Of a stretch of 64,000 bases of DNA, positions 37,313 through 48,231 are shown piece after piece. The notes under the pieces are model-generated. The model was not told where the DNA came from. It saw only the letters and a program-made list of their open reading frames with translations, and did no database searches. The translations under genes were made by a program, and so were the position numbers. The DNA lies in the sequence record PQ287644.1; one strand, 5' to 3'. Numbering within the stretch: position 1 is the first letter of the stretch; every line of letters starts with the position of its first letter.

Positions 37313-37727
37313 CGAGTTTATATCCATCACTTAGTCCGGCTAGGCACGAAAGTCCTAGACCGTATTCCTCTGAATTGCTGGGAGTTCACAAAAGTCTGTT
37401 GGCTACAACGTAACTGGAAACAGTAAGCGTGAATGCGACCGAAAGGTAGAAAGAACAACAGACCTGACCTACGCTAACCAATACGGCTAAGGGTCGTAAA
37501 CAAGGGACAATCAGCCGCTAAGACGCTACCGGGTATTAGACCCTATGCGTAAAGTTCAACGACTAAGGGAGTTATGACCCTGTACACCTACCAAGGAAGG
37601 GGGTGGAAGTGGAGGTGACCTAAGGGGGAATAGACCTATTCCCTACGGTCAAGATATAGTCTGGCCCTGTTTAATAAACAGGCAGGCACCTGAGCGTGCC
37701 GGGTCCTAGTATGGACTGACCACCGCG

Positions 37728-37910
37728 GGCGATCAATTGTCGAGCCATTCTGTTGTAGCGGAAGACAGCAAACAACAGGCCTACGAACTCTTTGGGAAAC
37801 GGGAGTATTACATCAGTGGTACGGGTCGGTTTTTGTACGATCCGATCAATGAACCGATTCTCTTTATGTTTAAAGCAGCGACAAGCGGCTTAGAGGATAT
37901 TGAGGTATGA
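37728..37910 (+). CDS. rpoC: Virion RNAP beta'-like subunit, exon 2 (60 aa; absent from the track)
   Basis: GGC GAT CAA...: GDQLSSHSVVAEDSKQQAYELFGKREYYISGTGRFLYDPINEPILFMFKAATSGLEDIEV*; stop overlaps the ATG of the next gene. Confidence 0.85.
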   Translation, partial: GDQLSSHSVVAEDSKQQAYELFGKREYYISGTGRFLYDPINEPILFMFKAATSGLEDIEV

Positions 37911-40900
37911 GCAATCCAATTACGTATTCCGAGTTCTTTAAGCACTTTGTGCTGCGTAAGAAACAAGACGTTGTAAACCCTAAAGTCCTGGGTATTGGTG
38001 AAGTGATCCTTCCTAAGGGGAGTTTACTGCACTTCGTACCGAAGACGATTAATGAAAAAGGCCCTGGTAGTAGTGAAGCGTTTATCAGTAACTTCCCTAA
38101 AGAGGTCTTTATTGAGTTTGTGAGGGACGGGTATAAGCCGGTGATGGGGCATGGGCGTACAGTCGCTTATGACTACCCTAAGGCGGTTAAGGCGTACCGA
38201 GCGAGTCACTACATGTACAGCTGGGTGCGTGAGATCAGCTCGGTGTACAACAAAGAGAACGTGCTGGTCGTTAAGAACTACGGGATGATCCCCCAGGGGT
38301 TCGTTTACCGTCCGAGTATTTTCGTGAATTATGAAAAATACTACAACATGATGCACCTGCTCATTGAGAACGTCAATGCGGAAGCCGAGAAAGGGGTGCG
38401 TCGGCAGTATATGCGGATTGACCTGCCGTTGAACCTGCCGTCCCTGGTTGAGCTTGAGAAAGACTACGGGCGGTTTATCGATGGGTTTAAGGATGGGTAT
38501 CCTGTCCTGATGCGCAATATGCTGGAGAGTACGAAGGCTGAGAACTGCTATTGGCTGTTGGACCTACTGGGGTTCCTGTTTGGTCAGTATTCGTTCAGTT
38601 TGTTCGGTAAACTCACCGACCAGGCGTATAAGGATTTGCATATCCTCTTTACGTCTCAAAGTAAAGTCATTGTGGTACAACTGGGGCTGTTGAAGGGTTG
38701 GTTAGATGAGACAAATCCTAAAGACGAGAAAACCTACCCCTCTGCTCGGAAAGAGTTTGAAAGTCTGAAGACATTGACCCGCCATAATGCGGTTAAACGT
38801 TTCTATTTGGCTTTGATGAATCTTTCTCGTGGAGGCGTTCCTGAGAATGTACTCATTAAAGAGGAAACGAAAAATGTCATCCCAATTGCCGGAGAGAAAG
38901 GTACCGTTGACCAAGTGGCTGCGGGAACGTCACGAGAAGAAGAAGAAGAAACATCCAATCTTCCAGAAACCCGAGACCATACTGGCTCGGGCACGGTTCC
39001 CCGTGCTGATCGTCCTGCTGGTTCTATCCTTGATGTTTTCAGCCGAAGTGAAGGACCTAGCGAGGCACATGACGAAGAGCAAGACACAGCGGGAGAACGA
39101 GGTGTTGATTCAAATCTTGAAGAGTGGACATCGCCGGTAGATGATGAACTGCTGGAGGTGGAGAAAGTCCAAACCGAGATCAATACCAACAAGAATGTGT
39201 TTAAGACGCCTGAGAGTGGTGTAAAGCGGGCGTTGGAGGAGCGGGCTAAGGAAGGTACGCTGACGGTGGCTGAACATGATTTCTTCATGCGTAAAGCGAC
39301 CCGTTATCAGCACATTGAGATGGAGAACGGTCAAACGTTCGAAGAGTTCATTCAGATCAAACCCGAAGAGGTTAAAGACCTGGGTGGAGAGATTGAAGGT
39401 GAGTTTCTCCCCGTACTGGATGAGAGCATGTTGCGGAGTCGTGCCAAATCCCTCAAGATCGAATATCCTCAGAAGTTTTTACACCGGGATATTGGTCGAA
39501 TGGTGTTGGGTCTTCAGAACGCTGGCTTTGCGATGAACGACTACCGGCGTGAGAAGGTCGTCAGCGTAGAAGGCAGTTACGAGGTCCACAGCATTCAGTT
39601 GCACGAAGTCAATGGTGATCAGGTCACTGTACATACTCGGCTACCTACGGTGCTGAAAGACGGCACCTACGTCATTGATGGTGTTAAGCAACACATGCAA
39701 CTGCAACGTCGGGAGAAACCCTTCCGGAAGATCAGTCCTCGGGAAGTGGTACTGTCGAGCTACTACGACCGTAAGCTCATGGTGAGTCGTAGTCCGAAGA
39801 TGGTGGATAACCTCTCTACGTTCATGGTGAAGCAAATCTCCCTCCAGAGTAAGCGGAAAGGCTATACGGTCACTAAAGGCAGTACCTGGGATCGTTCCCT
39901 TAAAGCCCCCCGGATTTACAGCATTCTGGCTCGTCAGTACAAGTACATTACTGTCGACGGGTTGGTATTGGACTTCCGGTTGAAGGATCTCCTGGAACTC
40001 CACCCTGAGTTCAAAGCCTATACCCGCCCTGATCGGTTCTTGATCGGGGTAAAAGACGGATTACCCTTGATCATTGATGATTACGGTAACCTGTACAAAG
40101 GGGAAGAGGAACTCGGTACTGTTGAAGACTTGCTTGGTATTGATGTTCGTAAAGCGCCTTTGGAACACGTGGTGATTAACATCAGCGGGTACTCGTTCCC
40201 GTTGGGGGTGGTTCTTTGCTTCTACTTCGGTATTGATGAACTACTGCGTGTGATTAAAGCCACGACGCGTTCAGTACCCGTAGGGACCCGTCCTAAATTG
40301 ACTGAGGATGAATACGCGATTCAGTTCAATGACGAATACCTGATCTTTAACCGTCGGGAGAAGCTCACCACGTTGATCTTCGGTGGAATGCCGAAGTTGA
40401 ACAACATCAGTAACTTCAGTCGGAGTGATTTGAATAATAACAGTATCTGGAGTGCGTTAATGGGAGACCCTCGGGTTCGTCCGTCTCAGTTCCAGGAAAT
40501 GAAGAACCTTTTCGATCTCTTTATCGATCCCATTACGAAAGACCTCTTGAAAGAGATGAAGCTGTCTGAAGACTTCCATTACTTGCTGATTGATGCGGCT
40601 AAGGCATTGGAAACGGATTACAGTCGACACGAGGTGGAGATTGAAGAGCAGCGCATTGTGGGGTATGAACGCTTCGCAGGTCATCTCTACACGGAATTTG
40701 TAAAGTCCATTCGTCAATACCGGAATAAAGGGAAAGGGCGTAAACACAAACTGGACTTTAATCCGGATGCGGTTATTATTGCAATTGGTACCGACCGGTC
40801 TACGAACTTGGTGGAGGAAGTGAATCCGGTTCACCAAGTGAAAGACCAAGAGGAAGTGACGTTTGGTGGAACAGGTGGTCGTAGTGAAATCACCATGGTC

Positions 40901-41107
40901 AAACGCGCACGGACTCAGCTGGAGAGTTACAAAGGGGTCATCAGTGAAGCCAACAAGGACAGCGGTAAAGTGGGGTATGTGACCTACACCACCTCTGATC
41001 CGGGTATCGCTGATTTCCGAGGCAATGTTGATCCCAAGAACAAACGTACTCCTACTGGTGACGGTTCGGTTACCATGAACCTGATGTACGGTGGAACGCA
41101 TGACGAT
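37907..41107 (+). CDS. rpoB: Virion RNAP beta-like subunit, exon 1 (phiKZ gp178-like)
   Basis: EVNPVHQVKDQEEVTFGGTGGRS...SYKGVISEANKDSGKVG...GGTHDD, matching the beta core and fork region. Confidence 0.85.
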
Positions 41108-41522
41108 TGAGCTGTTGTGAAAACAATAGATCACTCAGTCCAACCAGGGAGTAATCCCTGGTTGCCATTACCTTTAATTGCGGGAACCTACTGAGAGCCT
41201 TATCTACCAAACCCGAGCAGGAAACCAACGGGTGGCCAACCATAACGGGTTGGGGACGGTAATAACGATAAGGATTGGGGAACCCTACGCAGCGAAGCAC
41301 CTACGTATTGTCGAGAGGACAAGATAGGGTGAACGTTCAACGACTACGGATGAAATTTCCGGTAGAGGTGTCAGGATGATACTTCCAAAAGTAAGGTTGC
41401 CCTGTATGCTTGAGGTGTGAATAACACTGAGTACAGGGATGAAATATAGTCTCGTCATCTAAGGGAAAACCTTAGAGCGTGGTGCTACGCGCACCGGCGG
41501 ATAGGATATCCGTGAAGAAACG
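41108..41522 (+). ncRNA. Group I intron (415 nt), no ORF
   Basis: U|...G boundaries; AATTGCGGGAA 41176, ACGCAGCGAAG 41287, GTTCAACGACTACGG 41335, AAATATAGTCT 41442; P7 GACTA/TAGTC; P2 and P8 stems visible. Confidence 0.88.
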
Positions 41523-42641
41523 GTCAAACGAGCAGTATTCACATCGACTCAGGCCTCTCAAGCAGTGATGGCTAAGAACTACGAGATCGTTACCCTGAGA
41601 ACGGGTTACGAGAACGTACTGGCTCACCGGACCTCTGACCTCTACAGCAAAGTAGCCGCTGAAGATGGTAAGGTCACTAAAGTGGAGAATGATCGCTTAC
41701 TCGTCGAATACAAGGATGGAACAACGGACTCGTATCCCTTGGGGTTGGTGATTGGGGAAGCCAGTGGGGAATACCATCCTCATAACCGTACCACGGATCT
41801 GAAGGTCGGCGATACCTTCCGTAAGGGAGATGTCATCGGTTGGGATGAAAACTGGTTCGGTCGAGATCCCTTCTGCCCAGGGCAAGTCGGGGTTAAGATG
41901 GGTAAAATGTGCCAGATCGTTATGGTGGAAGATCAGGATGTGTACGAGGACTCTATTGCAATTTCGAAAGAATTGGCGATGGAAGCACGTACCCCATTCA
42001 TTAAACCCAGTCGGTTTGCCGAGGACGTGTCAAACAACCTGGTAATGCGGGTTAAGGTAGGAGATTACGTCGAACAGGACACGATTTTATGTGATATCGA
42101 AGAGCCTCACTTGGTGGAGGGCGAGGAGCTTCCTGAGCTCGAAGCAGACATCAACAAACTCGGTATCAAACAGATCCGTTCGAAGCATCATGGAAAGATC
42201 GTACACATCGATGTTCGGTACAACTCTCCCTTAGACAAGATGTCTGACTCGTTCCGTTCGTTCATTGTTCAGAAGGATAAGGAAACGAAACGGAAAGGGT
42301 TGGTGGAAGGAACCGGTGTCGAGAACAATGCCATTTCCACGATGTTCAATCTTAATCGTCCCATGTTAGGTCCAGGTAAGGCGTTCATTACGTTCTACAT
42401 CGAGTCGTTAGACCCGAGTACCAATGCGGATAAGTATGTCATTGGGAACCAGATGAAAGCCACTGTGGGTCGTATCATGGAAAGACCGCTTAAGACCGCC
42501 AGTGGGATTGTCATTGATGTGAAGTCGAGCTTTAAAGGGATGTTTAACCGAATGGTGCTCAGTTTGAGGAACAAGCTGGTTGCTAACGAGTATGGTTACC
42601 AAATCACTCGCCAGGCCATTAAACTCTACAGAGGTAAATAA
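41523..42641 (+). CDS. rpoB: Virion RNAP beta-like subunit, exon 2
   Basis: VKRAVFTSTQASQAV continues HDD (compare bacterial HDDANRALMGSNMQRQAV); EDSIAIS and ADKYVIGNQMKATV double-psi motifs. Confidence 0.85.
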   Translation, partial: VKRAVFTSTQASQAVMAKNYEIVTLRTGYENVLAHRTSDLYSKVAAEDGKVTKVENDRLLVEYKDGTTDSYPLGLVIGEASGEYHPHNRTTDLKVGDTFRKGDVIGWDENWFGRDPFCPGQVGVKMGKMCQIVMVEDQDVYEDSIAISKELAMEARTPFIKPSRFAEDVSNNLVMRVKVGDYVEQDTILCDIEEPHLVEGEELPELEADINKLGIKQIRSKHHGKIVHIDVRYNSPLDKMSDSFRSFIVQKDKETKRKGLVEGTGVENNAISTMFNLNRPMLGPGKAFITFYIESLDPSTNADKYVIGNQMKATVGRIMERPLKTASGIVIDVKSSFKGMFNRMVLSLRNKLVANEYGYQITRQAIKLYRGK

Positions 42642-42643
42642 CG

Positions 42644-43521
42644 ATGAACTTCCGGACGAAGAACGGTTACCGAGACCTGCAAGCGTTGGTTAAGGAACTG
42701 GGTCTTTATACCGGGCAGATTGACGGTGTGTGGGGAAGGGAACTTCCTCCTCCACTGAAACCCTGCTCCGGGGGTATGCCGAGGTGGTGGGTAAGAATAC
42801 CGGAGGTATCGGTCTCCCCACCACCTCGGATGCCAGTGGTTATAACGTCATTACAGCGCTCCAGCGTAATCTGGCCTTCTTGGGTCTCTATTCCCTGACT
42901 GTGGATGGTATTTGGGGGAATGGGACCTTGAGTGGCTTGGATAAGGCATTCGAGGTGTACAAGGAGCGTTACCGCACGCCGACCTACGACATTGCGTGGA
43001 GCGGTAAAGTCAGTCCTGCCTTTACGGCGAAAGTGAAGGATTGGTGCGGCGTTCATGTGCCGAATCACCGAGCTCCTCATTGGCTGATGGCCTGTATGGC
43101 TTTCGAGACCGGTCAGACATTCAGTCCGTCTATTAAGAATGCGGCAGGTTCTGAAGCATATGGATTGATTCAATTCATGAGTCCAGCCGCCAATGATTTG
43201 AATGTTCCGTTGAGTGTGATTCGATCCATGGATCAGTTGACTCAATTGGATCTGGTCTTCAAGTACTTCGAAATGTGGATGAAACGGGGTAAGCGGTATA
43301 CCCAGTTGGAGGATTTCTATCTGACGATCTTCCATCCAGCCTCAGTAGGTAAGAAGGCTGATGAAGTCCTCTTCCTTCAGGGGAGTAAAGCGTATCTCCA
43401 GAACAAGGGGTTCGATGTAGACAAGGATGGTAAGATCACCCTGGGTGAAATTTCTTCTACATTGTACACCACGTATTACAAAGGTCTGTTGCCTGAAAAT
43501 CGTCACGTTATTTCGTATTGA
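42644..43521 (+). CDS. Modular endolysin (peptidoglycan-binding repeats plus lytic transglycosylase), EL188-like; apparent -1 frameshift at 42732-42735
   Basis: GQIDGVWG and LTVDGIWGNGT PG-binding motifs; LMACMAFETG and AYGLIQF catalytic motifs; one extra G gives a 292-aa ORF. Confidence 0.9.
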
Positions 43522-43552
43522 TTCACCTTCTTTTCCGTAGGAGAGTTTCCCT

Positions 43553-43729
43553 GTGAAAGCAGAACTAATCAACAATGTCATTGCACTGGCGAATACCGCG
43601 GAGTTCGTTAAACAGACGATCCGTAAGGTAGGACTGGAATACATCGCGCCGCTGGATCCCAGTATTCAGGCTGAGAAGATCAGCAAGGCCCTCACGAAGC
43701 GTGTTGTTAAACAAGGAGCGAACCAATGA
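43553..43729 (+). CDS. Small hypothetical protein (58 aa; below the track cut-off)
   Basis: SD TAGGAGA, GTG start; ATGA overlap with the next gene. Confidence 0.6.
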   Translation: MKAELINNVIALANTAEFVKQTIRKVGLEYIAPLDPSIQAEKISKALTKRVVKQGANQ

Positions 43730-45276
43730 TCAGTAAGGACAGCCTGGCGTTGGCAGAGAACATCGCCGTCGCGCTCCCTGAAGGCACTGTAGTCCCGTCC
43801 ACCCCGATCCTTCAGGGGTTGAATACCCTGAGTTATGGAGCGTTCCCGTACGAGGAGGACTTCCGGGATAAGGTGGTTGAAGTGACGTCCGAGATCACGG
43901 AGCATTCGGCAGCGATTGAGGCGGGGAGTGACAAAGCCGCTGAGACCATCCGCGGTGCGTTCGAGATGGTCAAGTCCTACGGTGTCCCGATGGCGGACGC
44001 CGTCCAGGAGAAAGTGGGTCTGCTGTACAGCCGAGGTGATCTGAACTGGGCGTCGTTGCGTCATTTCAATATCACGTACATCAATGTCTCGGATCCGTTC
44101 TTTGACTCTGCTATTTATCCCACTGAAGTCAAGAACAAGGCGCTGTCGTTTGACAGTGTGGGTTTGGATGTCCTGAAACGGTTGGAGTTTGAATTCGCAA
44201 CGGAACAGGAGATCCGGGATTACGTGGCAACGTCTCACCCAGAGATTAACGCCATCCTGGATTCCAAACTCGAAGATATCGTGTACGCGTTCTACGCGAT
44301 TACGATGCTGGCCGATCTCAAATCCCTTTTCCACTACAAGGGTGAGGCGACCTTTGACTTCACGCGTGTGAAATCGGTACGCCTTAACCTGCTGCTGAAG
44401 ACCTACGTGATCTTGACGAAGATGTACAGTCAGGAAGACCCGGCGTTCCTTGTTAAGGGGTCGCTGGAAGATTACCGGGAATATATCAACCTGCTGTGGA
44501 ATGGGATGACCCATTACCTCATTGCGTTGAAGAACACGGTTCAGCTTTACCGTAACCGTAAAGCGGCTATCTACGAGGCCGAAGCCTCTAAGTTGGTGGA
44601 CTTTAAACCGGTTGATGCCCTGGACGTTACCGTTAAGGGATTGAGTGGTAATGTCGTCGTGTATTACAGCGATGAGGTCCTCAAGACGGTAACCGGTAAC
44701 GGGGGGAGTTTGAACGACTGTGTGATCGCCTCGATCTATGGGCGTCTCACCGGTCGTCCGAATGGCTTCCTGGACCTCATCAATAACCCTGACCTGGTTA
44801 AAGACTTGACAGCTGACTACTTCGAGGGTATTCACCGTCCACTGAACCAAGATGCCCGTAAACATTTCATTAACAACAGTGTTGGGGCTATTGTTCAGTT
44901 CCTGAATGAACGGGAAGAAGCTCGGGCGGCGTTGTATGAGCATTTGGATGCAGAAGGGTCTTCGGTCCGTACCCTCATTGAAGAGAACCTGAGCGGTGAC
45001 CTGGACGTTCTCTACACCCTCTACGAGAACGACGTCCGCAAGAGCAGTGGCGTTGAACCTGTGAGCATGGAGATTGAGGCTCAACGGGCGAAAGAGGTCA
45101 TCTTCCAAACCAAACTCGTCCCTAACTTCTTGAAGTTGTTGGGGTGTGAACTGGCTGCGGAGATCATTGAACTGACCTTTGTTAAGCTCGGTGAAGAAGA
45201 CAACCTCAACAGCAAGCGTGAACGCCTCCATGGGGCGTTGATTGAACTGCTGGTGGGTGAACTGCTGGGAGTTTAA
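43726..45276 (+). CDS. Conserved head protein (phiKZ gp177 position)
   Basis: 516 aa; first of the conserved trio ending in the protease (synteny inference). Confidence 0.65.
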   Translation: MISKDSLALAENIAVALPEGTVVPSTPILQGLNTLSYGAFPYEEDFRDKVVEVTSEITEHSAAIEAGSDKAAETIRGAFEMVKSYGVPMADAVQEKVGLLYSRGDLNWASLRHFNITYINVSDPFFDSAIYPTEVKNKALSFDSVGLDVLKRLEFEFATEQEIRDYVATSHPEINAILDSKLEDIVYAFYAITMLADLKSLFHYKGEATFDFTRVKSVRLNLLLKTYVILTKMYSQEDPAFLVKGSLEDYREYINLLWNGMTHYLIALKNTVQLYRNRKAAIYEAEASKLVDFKPVDALDVTVKGLSGNVVVYYSDEVLKTVTGNGGSLNDCVIASIYGRLTGRPNGFLDLINNPDLVKDLTADYFEGIHRPLNQDARKHFINNSVGAIVQFLNEREEARAALYEHLDAEGSSVRTLIEENLSGDLDVLYTLYENDVRKSSGVEPVSMEIEAQRAKEVIFQTKLVPNFLKLLGCELAAEIIELTFVKLGEEDNLNSKRERLHGALIELLVGELLGV

Positions 45277-45279
45277 TGA

Positions 45280-46008
45280 ATGGACGTTACTTCTCTCGTA
45301 CGAGACCGAAGTAAGATCCGTAAGGCGTACACCCTCCACGACGATCACAGTGTCACTGCGAATCGTCCTCTGGAAGTTCATATTCCCAAACGTTTTACTG
45401 AACATGGGTTAGCGTTTATTGGGGATAAGGTGACCACTACGTTAGTGGCGGGTGTTGTCATCCCGGGGGAGTGTTACTCCCCTTGGGTGGCGTTGACGGA
45501 TGTCACGATGGTCCCTATGAACGTTCGGGAGACGGGTATTGACGGCGTTCAGTACCTTATCCTGGAGTTTGAAGAAGGGGATACCCTTATTGAGAACCTT
45601 CGGTATATCCAAGACCCCAATAAGCCCTACTTCTATTTCACTGAGTTTGACCTCTACGCGAAGATTCCTTGGTACTTATCAGACAATGATGTCACCTCCT
45701 TGTTTGATAACGCTAAGATACAATCAGGCAGTGAAGTTGGTGATACGCCGCAACACATGCGGATCTTTAATTCCGTTATGATGCGGGATCCGGATAACTT
45801 GGACAATCCGTATCGTAACAGTCAAGCCATGCTAGACGGTCGCCCTCCGGTATGGGTGGGGTTGAATAACAGCTCGATGCTGATTGACGGCACCTACTTG
45901 AAACTCACCGGGGGTTTCCTCCAAGACAACACGGTGGCTGCTATTATCAAGCAAGACACCAAAGTAACCGATCTGGAAATGATCGTTAAAGGGGTCCCAG
46001 ATGAGTAA
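45280..46008 (+). CDS. Candidate fifth virion RNAP subunit (phiKZ gp176 position)
   Basis: Synteny; C-terminal VWVGLNNSSMLIDGTY loosely resembles the beta' C-terminal LLGITKASL region. Confidence 0.5.
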   Translation: MDVTSLVRDRSKIRKAYTLHDDHSVTANRPLEVHIPKRFTEHGLAFIGDKVTTTLVAGVVIPGECYSPWVALTDVTMVPMNVRETGIDGVQYLILEFEEGDTLIENLRYIQDPNKPYFYFTEFDLYAKIPWYLSDNDVTSLFDNAKIQSGSEVGDTPQHMRIFNSVMMRDPDNLDNPYRNSQAMLDGRPPVWVGLNNSSMLIDGTYLKLTGGFLQDNTVAAIIKQDTKVTDLEMIVKGVPDE

Positions 46009-46864
46009 TACTTTAACCTTTGAGAATACCCTGCTGGCGAACAGTGGTAAACGCGGTATTCTCAAACCCATGGACAGTTCGGGGTACTACCGGATCAATG
46101 CGGGAGGGTTCAATATCCCTAACCGTTCCGGTATTACCTACCGGGTGAATGACTACATTCGTGAGTGTGCTCGTCCAGGCAGTGACTTTGACCGTCGGGT
46201 GAACGAAGGTCAGATGTATTGTGAAATCGGTCACCCACCTCAGTATTACAAGATCTTGGTCAACGGGGAAGTGGTTCGCAAGCAAATCACGGATCTCTTC
46301 GAATGGATTAACCGCCTTCGGACCATTGACTTTGATAATGTCTGTGGTCATATTCGTAAAGTTCATTGGATCTTTACGGGTGGACCGAATGATCCGGTTT
46401 ACAATGACATTGAAGTGATTCCGTGGGCGAAGAACCCACATCATAAGCAACTGCTGCAAGAAAGTCTGGATAATCCGGATATCAATACGGCGTTTAGTAT
46501 CCGTACGGTAACCAAGCCTCAGAACTTTGGCGATAAAACGCGCGAGGTGGACTACTGGAGCACGTATGACGCTGTCATAGAGCAGGGTATACTCCGTGCC
46601 TGTAAACACCTCACAGCGGGCTTGGAGAGCCTTCTGGACGACTATTCCGCTGAGGGTGGGGAAATGGAGTTCACCACGACCATGGAAGAGCTCTTCTTTA
46701 TCTGTGATCAGAAGATGCGTTCACCTGAAGTGGCGGAACGTTATGCGGGTACGGAAAGCTTTGTTCGAGTACAGGAAATGCTGGATGATCTTCGTAGACG
46801 AACGCCTGCTCAATCCAAACCTGCGCGGTTGATTGTGTCCAGTTCGTTGGATGTGTTCCGGTAA
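46001..46864 (+). CDS. Prohead protease (phiKZ gp175 / T4 gp21 family)
   Basis: CEIGHP and TAFSIR catalytic His/Ser motifs; C-terminal AGLE candidate autocleavage site. Confidence 0.85.
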   Translation: MSNTLTFENTLLANSGKRGILKPMDSSGYYRINAGGFNIPNRSGITYRVNDYIRECARPGSDFDRRVNEGQMYCEIGHPPQYYKILVNGEVVRKQITDLFEWINRLRTIDFDNVCGHIRKVHWIFTGGPNDPVYNDIEVIPWAKNPHHKQLLQESLDNPDINTAFSIRTVTKPQNFGDKTREVDYWSTYDAVIEQGILRACKHLTAGLESLLDDYSAEGGEMEFTTTMEELFFICDQKMRSPEVAERYAGTESFVRVQEMLDDLRRRTPAQSKPARLIVSSSLDVFR

Positions 46865-46879
46865 GCCTGAGCCAGCACG

Positions 46880-46909
46880 CCTAGCCTTGGGGTCTACCCC
46901 AAGGCTAGG
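46880..46909 (+). terminator. Terminator hairpin
   Basis: CCTAGCCTTGGGGT/ACCCCAAGGCTAGG followed by a T-rich tract. Confidence 0.65.
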
Positions 46910-46982
46910 TTATTAATTTTAGCTGTTTGTTTATTCTTATAGTCCGTTGCGGCTATCTATCTAAACCAGAAGGAATTTCCTT

Positions 46983-47651
46983 ATGTTGATTGAAAAGCTT
47001 AATTTCCAAACCCTGGTGCTTCATCTGCGTGAGGTGAAGGGAGGGTTTAATGTTCTCCAGGTATTGTGGGAAACCGCCCAGAAGGAATGGGAACGTTCCA
47101 AGAATGCTGATACAGACATCCATTTCATCAAAGGGGTGTTTACTTCCACTCAGAAAACCGATGCGGTCCGGATCTATGTGGCGAAGCTGGCTAAGCTGTA
47201 CATGAACACCGTGGGGGTACTGCCGGGGATGTGGTCCAAACATACTCTGACCCATGAGCATGTTCTGACCAAAGCCACTGTGGACAAGATTTGTACCATG
47301 GAAGTGAACAGTTCCGAACAGTTGTTCGAATTGGTTGCCACCCGTGTATTGGGAGTTGATAAAACCCTGGTGGAGTATATCCTGACCGATGAAGACAAAC
47401 CCCAGGATCGTGCCCGTATCCTGATTAACTACCTGGGGTACCGTGTGGATGAACCGGGTGTCCCGGAAGAGGACTACCCTGACCTCATCAGTAGCCTGAG
47501 TGAGTTGATCAGTAACAATGGGTTTACGGATGAGTTCTTTGAGAATCTGCTGAAGGAAGCAGAAACCTACTTCGACAGCGGATCGGTTGATTTCCAACAA
47601 ACCCCGTTGGATGTGTTGGAGAACTTCCTGCACCAACCCTCCAAGCAATAA
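46983..47651 (+). CDS. Conserved hypothetical/head protein
   Basis: SD AAGGA; 222 aa. Confidence 0.65.
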   Translation: MLIEKLNFQTLVLHLREVKGGFNVLQVLWETAQKEWERSKNADTDIHFIKGVFTSTQKTDAVRIYVAKLAKLYMNTVGVLPGMWSKHTLTHEHVLTKATVDKICTMEVNSSEQLFELVATRVLGVDKTLVEYILTDEDKPQDRARILINYLGYRVDEPGVPEEDYPDLISSLSELISNNGFTDEFFENLLKEAETYFDSGSVDFQQTPLDVLENFLHQPSKQ

Positions 47652-47673
47652 GGGGTTCTGCCCAAAAGATTTC

Positions 47674-47694
47674 AAGTCTATATTACTTGGGTGA
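47674..47694 (+). promoter_or_regulatory. Early (virion RNAP) promoter core
   Basis: AAGTCTATATTACTTGGGTGA; the upstream TTAAC box is absent. Confidence 0.65.
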
Positions 47695-47790
47695 GCGACA
47701 TCAGGACCTACCTGACGAGGGCAGTACACCACTTCCCTTGCTTTGTCTTGGTGTCGCCACACCACCACTTTTGGACAGTAAGAGGTTGTT

Positions 47791-48231
47791 ATGTCGATCA
47801 ATAAAGAATACGGCGAATGGATGGAAAAGGGTGTTAAGGGTCTGGTAGACGCGCACGACTACAACAAGGCCACCAACCACATCACGTTCGATTCGGAGAA
47901 GGTGGAACTGCCTAAGGGTGTTACCCAAGACAGTATTCTCCAGCACGTCAATTTCTTCAATGATATCAGCGCGCAGGTTGAAACAGCCACCTCCCAGATC
48001 GCCCGGAGTCAATTCGAAAACAACAAGGAACTGACCACCGTCGACGGTACCCTGAACCTCGGGGGGTTGAACATCAATTCCCAGCATCACCTGAAACAGA
48101 AAGTGGGTGAAGATTATCTGTGGGGGCAAAGCACCACCGCAGTCGATTACACGCATACCGAAGAACAAGCCGTTTGGTTGGAAACCCAACGTACGGCCAG
48201 CCAGGAACAGGCTGCTAAGCTGTTCGAGTAA
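47791..48231 (+). CDS. Early hypothetical protein (146 aa)
   Basis: SD AGAGG; first gene after the promoter. Confidence 0.8.
   Translation: MSINKEYGEWMEKGVKGLVDAHDYNKATNHITFDSEKVELPKGVTQDSILQHVNFFNDISAQVETATSQIARSQFENNKELTTVDGTLNLGGLNINSQHHLKQKVGEDYLWGQSTTAVDYTHTEEQAVWLETQRTASQEQAAKLFE

Larger units (their letters stand above)
35956..37727 (+). ncRNA. Group I intron (1772 nt) carrying an HNH ORF
   Basis: Exon ends in U and intron ends in G; P AATTGCTGGGA 37373, Q AATCAGCCGCTAAG 37509, R GTTCAACGACTAAGG 37554, S AAGATATAGTCT 37651; P7 GACTA/TAGTC; splicing restores DHD-GDQ. Confidence 0.9.

Noticed and set aside
41565-42641. Independent 358-aa RNAP fragment gene
   Set aside because: It has no SD and is better explained as exon 2 after a group I intron.
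42644-42898. Programmed frameshift or separate small ORF at the endolysin start
   Set aside because: One missing G in a G run restores the 292-aa EL188-like protein; the same error type occurs in two other essential genes.
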